A stretch of DNA of 64,000 nucleotides from Amphiscolops sp. MND2022 (lineage: Eukaryota). Below the pieces are notes generated by a model. It was not told the DNA's origin, did not search any database, and worked only from the letters and a program-made list of their open reading frames with translations. Both the position numbers and the translations under genes were made by a program. The stretch lies in contig OZ076413.1 of the NCBI GenBank assembly GCA_964187785.1, positions 63,178,001 through 63,242,000 on the forward strand, written 5' to 3'. Numbering within the stretch: the first letter of the stretch is position 1; every line of letters begins with the position of its first letter. Shown piece by piece: positions 62,701 to 64,000 of this stretch.

Positions 62701-63014
62701 ACAGATTCTAGGGGTGACCCGCCAGTGGGTGACGAAGTCTCAGCATCGTGGGTGGGTTCAGAAATTTCAACGTGAGAAGCTGACGCAGGTTTTGTAAGTG
62801 GCTCTTCAGTGGGTACTGCAGTTCCATTGTTTATGGTGTTAAGTATAGGGGCATTAACCATGCTTGTTCCGTTTTCAATGTCACAGTTCGTCTTCTTTCC
62901 TCTCGTTTTCGGTTTTGGTTTCCCCTCGTATCCCTTCGGTTTTGCTGCAGGTGCAGTCTTGACTTGCTGCCGGGTGGCGCGGGTTAGAAGAGCTTGTGAT
63001 CGAAGGCTTGGCAT
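59047..63014 (-). CDS. 4-exon, 1177-aa fusion protein: Suv4-20-like SET domain + C2H2-like finger + tyrosine recombinase + Myb/SANT-like tail
   Basis: Exons 63014-61162, 61003-60327, 60185-59856, 59720-59047 total 3534 nt (1178 codons including stop). Introns AC|GTAAGT..TTTAG|A (158 bp), G|GTAACT..TGCAG|GA (141 bp) and A|GTAAGC..TTCAG|GA (135 bp) all preserve frame. SET: FSV...LGPASFINHSCEPN...EEIFVSYGGNYFGQNNVQCLCQVC. Recombinase: VRPG, HKTG, TSIRK, TGHSRSTAKKHY. Confidence 0.88.
59856..60185 (-). CDS. Exon 3 of SET-recombinase gene: C-terminal catalytic box
   Basis: YVF...NATSIRKF...QTGHSRSTAKKHY; His-to-Tyr spacing of 9 as in lambda Int and Cre. Confidence 0.87.
60327..61003 (-). CDS. Exon 2 of SET-recombinase gene: core-binding-like helices and first catalytic Arg/Lys
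   Basis: PTTTDIYLTHFKNFCEY; LQVRLNVRPGPLLNI; EHKTG. Confidence 0.85.
61162..63014 (-). CDS. Exon 1 of SET-recombinase gene: basic N-terminus, Pro/Ser/Thr/Asp repeats, SET + post-SET, CxxC..H...H finger
   Basis: 618-codon ORF; GPASFINHSC and CLCQVC motifs; CPICEKTSKRIDKHLSQQH; the ORF stop (TAA) lies inside a perfect GTAAGT donor. Confidence 0.9.
62225..62690 (-). repeat. 231 bp (77 aa) coding tandem duplication in the SET protein linker
   Basis: caggtgctgacgc at 62229 and 62460; peptide ...SAPDGETSAPR.VSPDAEI.ALTDDSPPES.DDPIPQTASAPD occurs twice. Confidence 0.9.
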
Positions 63015-64000
63015 TTTTAAGCAATTTGGCTATCAGTAGATTTTTTTACCGCTGTTAAGTTTCAACTTGTTTCCAAAGTGGAGCTGGGTTTAATGAAAAA
63101 TTTTTCAAAACTTGGAAGTCTAACAAATGTTAACTCACTCTGATGGACTCAATCACAAACGATGAGGCTCTATTAGACTCATTTTAAACGCAAACTGGTA
63201 TGCAACATGGTTGTTAAAGTTACACCTCTGATATTGAACTGGTTGTTAACATGAGTAATATGTTTACACCTGAGTTGTACGCTATGGTATTTTATGATTA
63301 GATAAACGAGGTCTTAAAACTAATATTGAATACGAAGGTATAAATATAAAAATGTTGGAAGTTTTACTGAATCTAGGAAAAGTGAACAAAAGATAAATAT
63401 ATGTTTGCAAAAGAAAAGTTTAGGAAGTTTGATCTTTGATGCAGAATGGGGCATGATTCAGTTTTTCAACAGCTTTCTTCTGGCAGTCAATATTTTTCTA
63501 TTGAGGGTTTGCCAGCTGGGCAGAGTCACATTGTTTGACATCATTTGTTGCTAAACACAAAAAAACTCTTATTAGTGTGTTTTTATAGTATACTGTATTG
63601 ATATATGGGGATAATAAGTTTTTAGAATACATATTTAAAGAAGAAAATTAATGTATGATATATGAAACTTTTTAATAGACATAACTTCATAACATTTAAA
63701 CAATAATACATTGTAGAATCTATGGGATTAACTCTATAATTTCTATAACAAAAGGTGCTTTGGAGAATATCTTATAGAATTCAAGATATAATTTCTATAG
63801 AAAAGTATTGTTGGGAATATCCTATGGAATTCGTCCTAGAACTTCTATAGAATAGTACTTTGGGAGATACTTTGGAAAAGTAATGTGATGTTAATAAGAA
63901 ATAAAACTGAGTATACCAGGTAAATTTGAGTTTCGTCTTGAGCATCTTTGTTCAGCAGGACATCTGCAACTCGAAGCATCTCGTTCGAAGGGTTTGAGTC

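Larger units (their letters stand above)
58576..64000 (-). mobile_element. Putative Crypton-like tyrosine-recombinase DNA element (boundaries provisional; far end probably outside window)
   Basis: Intact intron-containing recombinase gene with no gag/RT/RNaseH nearby, antisense just after a MED12 donor site; repeat structure at 58576-58860 is a candidate terminus. Confidence 0.55.

Noticed and set aside
59157-62775. Overlapping + strand and alternate-frame ORFs (e.g. 61173-61688, 59277-59669, 60395-60688)
   Set aside because: Shadows of the SET-recombinase exons.
59047-63014. DIRS/Ngaro retrotransposon or prophage interpretation of the recombinase
   Set aside because: No gag, RT, RNaseH or phage genes in view, and spliceosomal introns favour a DNA-type eukaryotic element; sequence beyond 64000 could change this.
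63900-64000. GC-richer stretch at the window edge, possibly the tail of another minus-strand ORF
   Set aside because: Too short and truncated to assess.
1-64000. Species assignment (internal repeats gave an impression of an acoel-like genome)
   Set aside because: Impression only; MED12 phylogeny or a BLAST search is needed.

Overview
AT-rich animal genomic DNA with spliceosomal introns. (1) The backbone is the 5' part of a MED12 (Mediator kinase-module subunit) gene on the + strand. I reconstructed it by hand as 20 in-frame GT-AG exons from 3680 to 58443 (~1179 codons); the gene presumably continues past the window. Several exons, including the start exon, are missing from the supplied ORF track. 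(2) MED12 intron 5 is ~30.9 kb (8660-39534) and holds a ~25.5 kb mosaic tandem array (6x ~2.03 kb, 2x ~1.38 kb, 2x ~4.4 kb units plus partial units) carrying decayed minus-strand ORFs of unknown family. (3) At 59047-63014 on the minus strand, four separately listed ORFs splice through three short phase-compatible introns into one uninterrupted 1177-aa protein: low-complexity repeat linker + Suv4-20/Set9-type SET domain + C2H2-like finger + tyrosine recombinase with R-K-R-H-Y catalytic residues + acidic tract + Myb/SANT-like tail. This histone-methyltransferase/recombinase fusion looks like a Crypton-like mobile element and is the most interesting object here. (4) Dispersed non-autonomous elements: two Helentron/DINE-like families, MITE-like elements and an internally deleted hAT. 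No tRNA, rRNA or CRISPR seen. All homology calls come from remembered motifs, not database searches.
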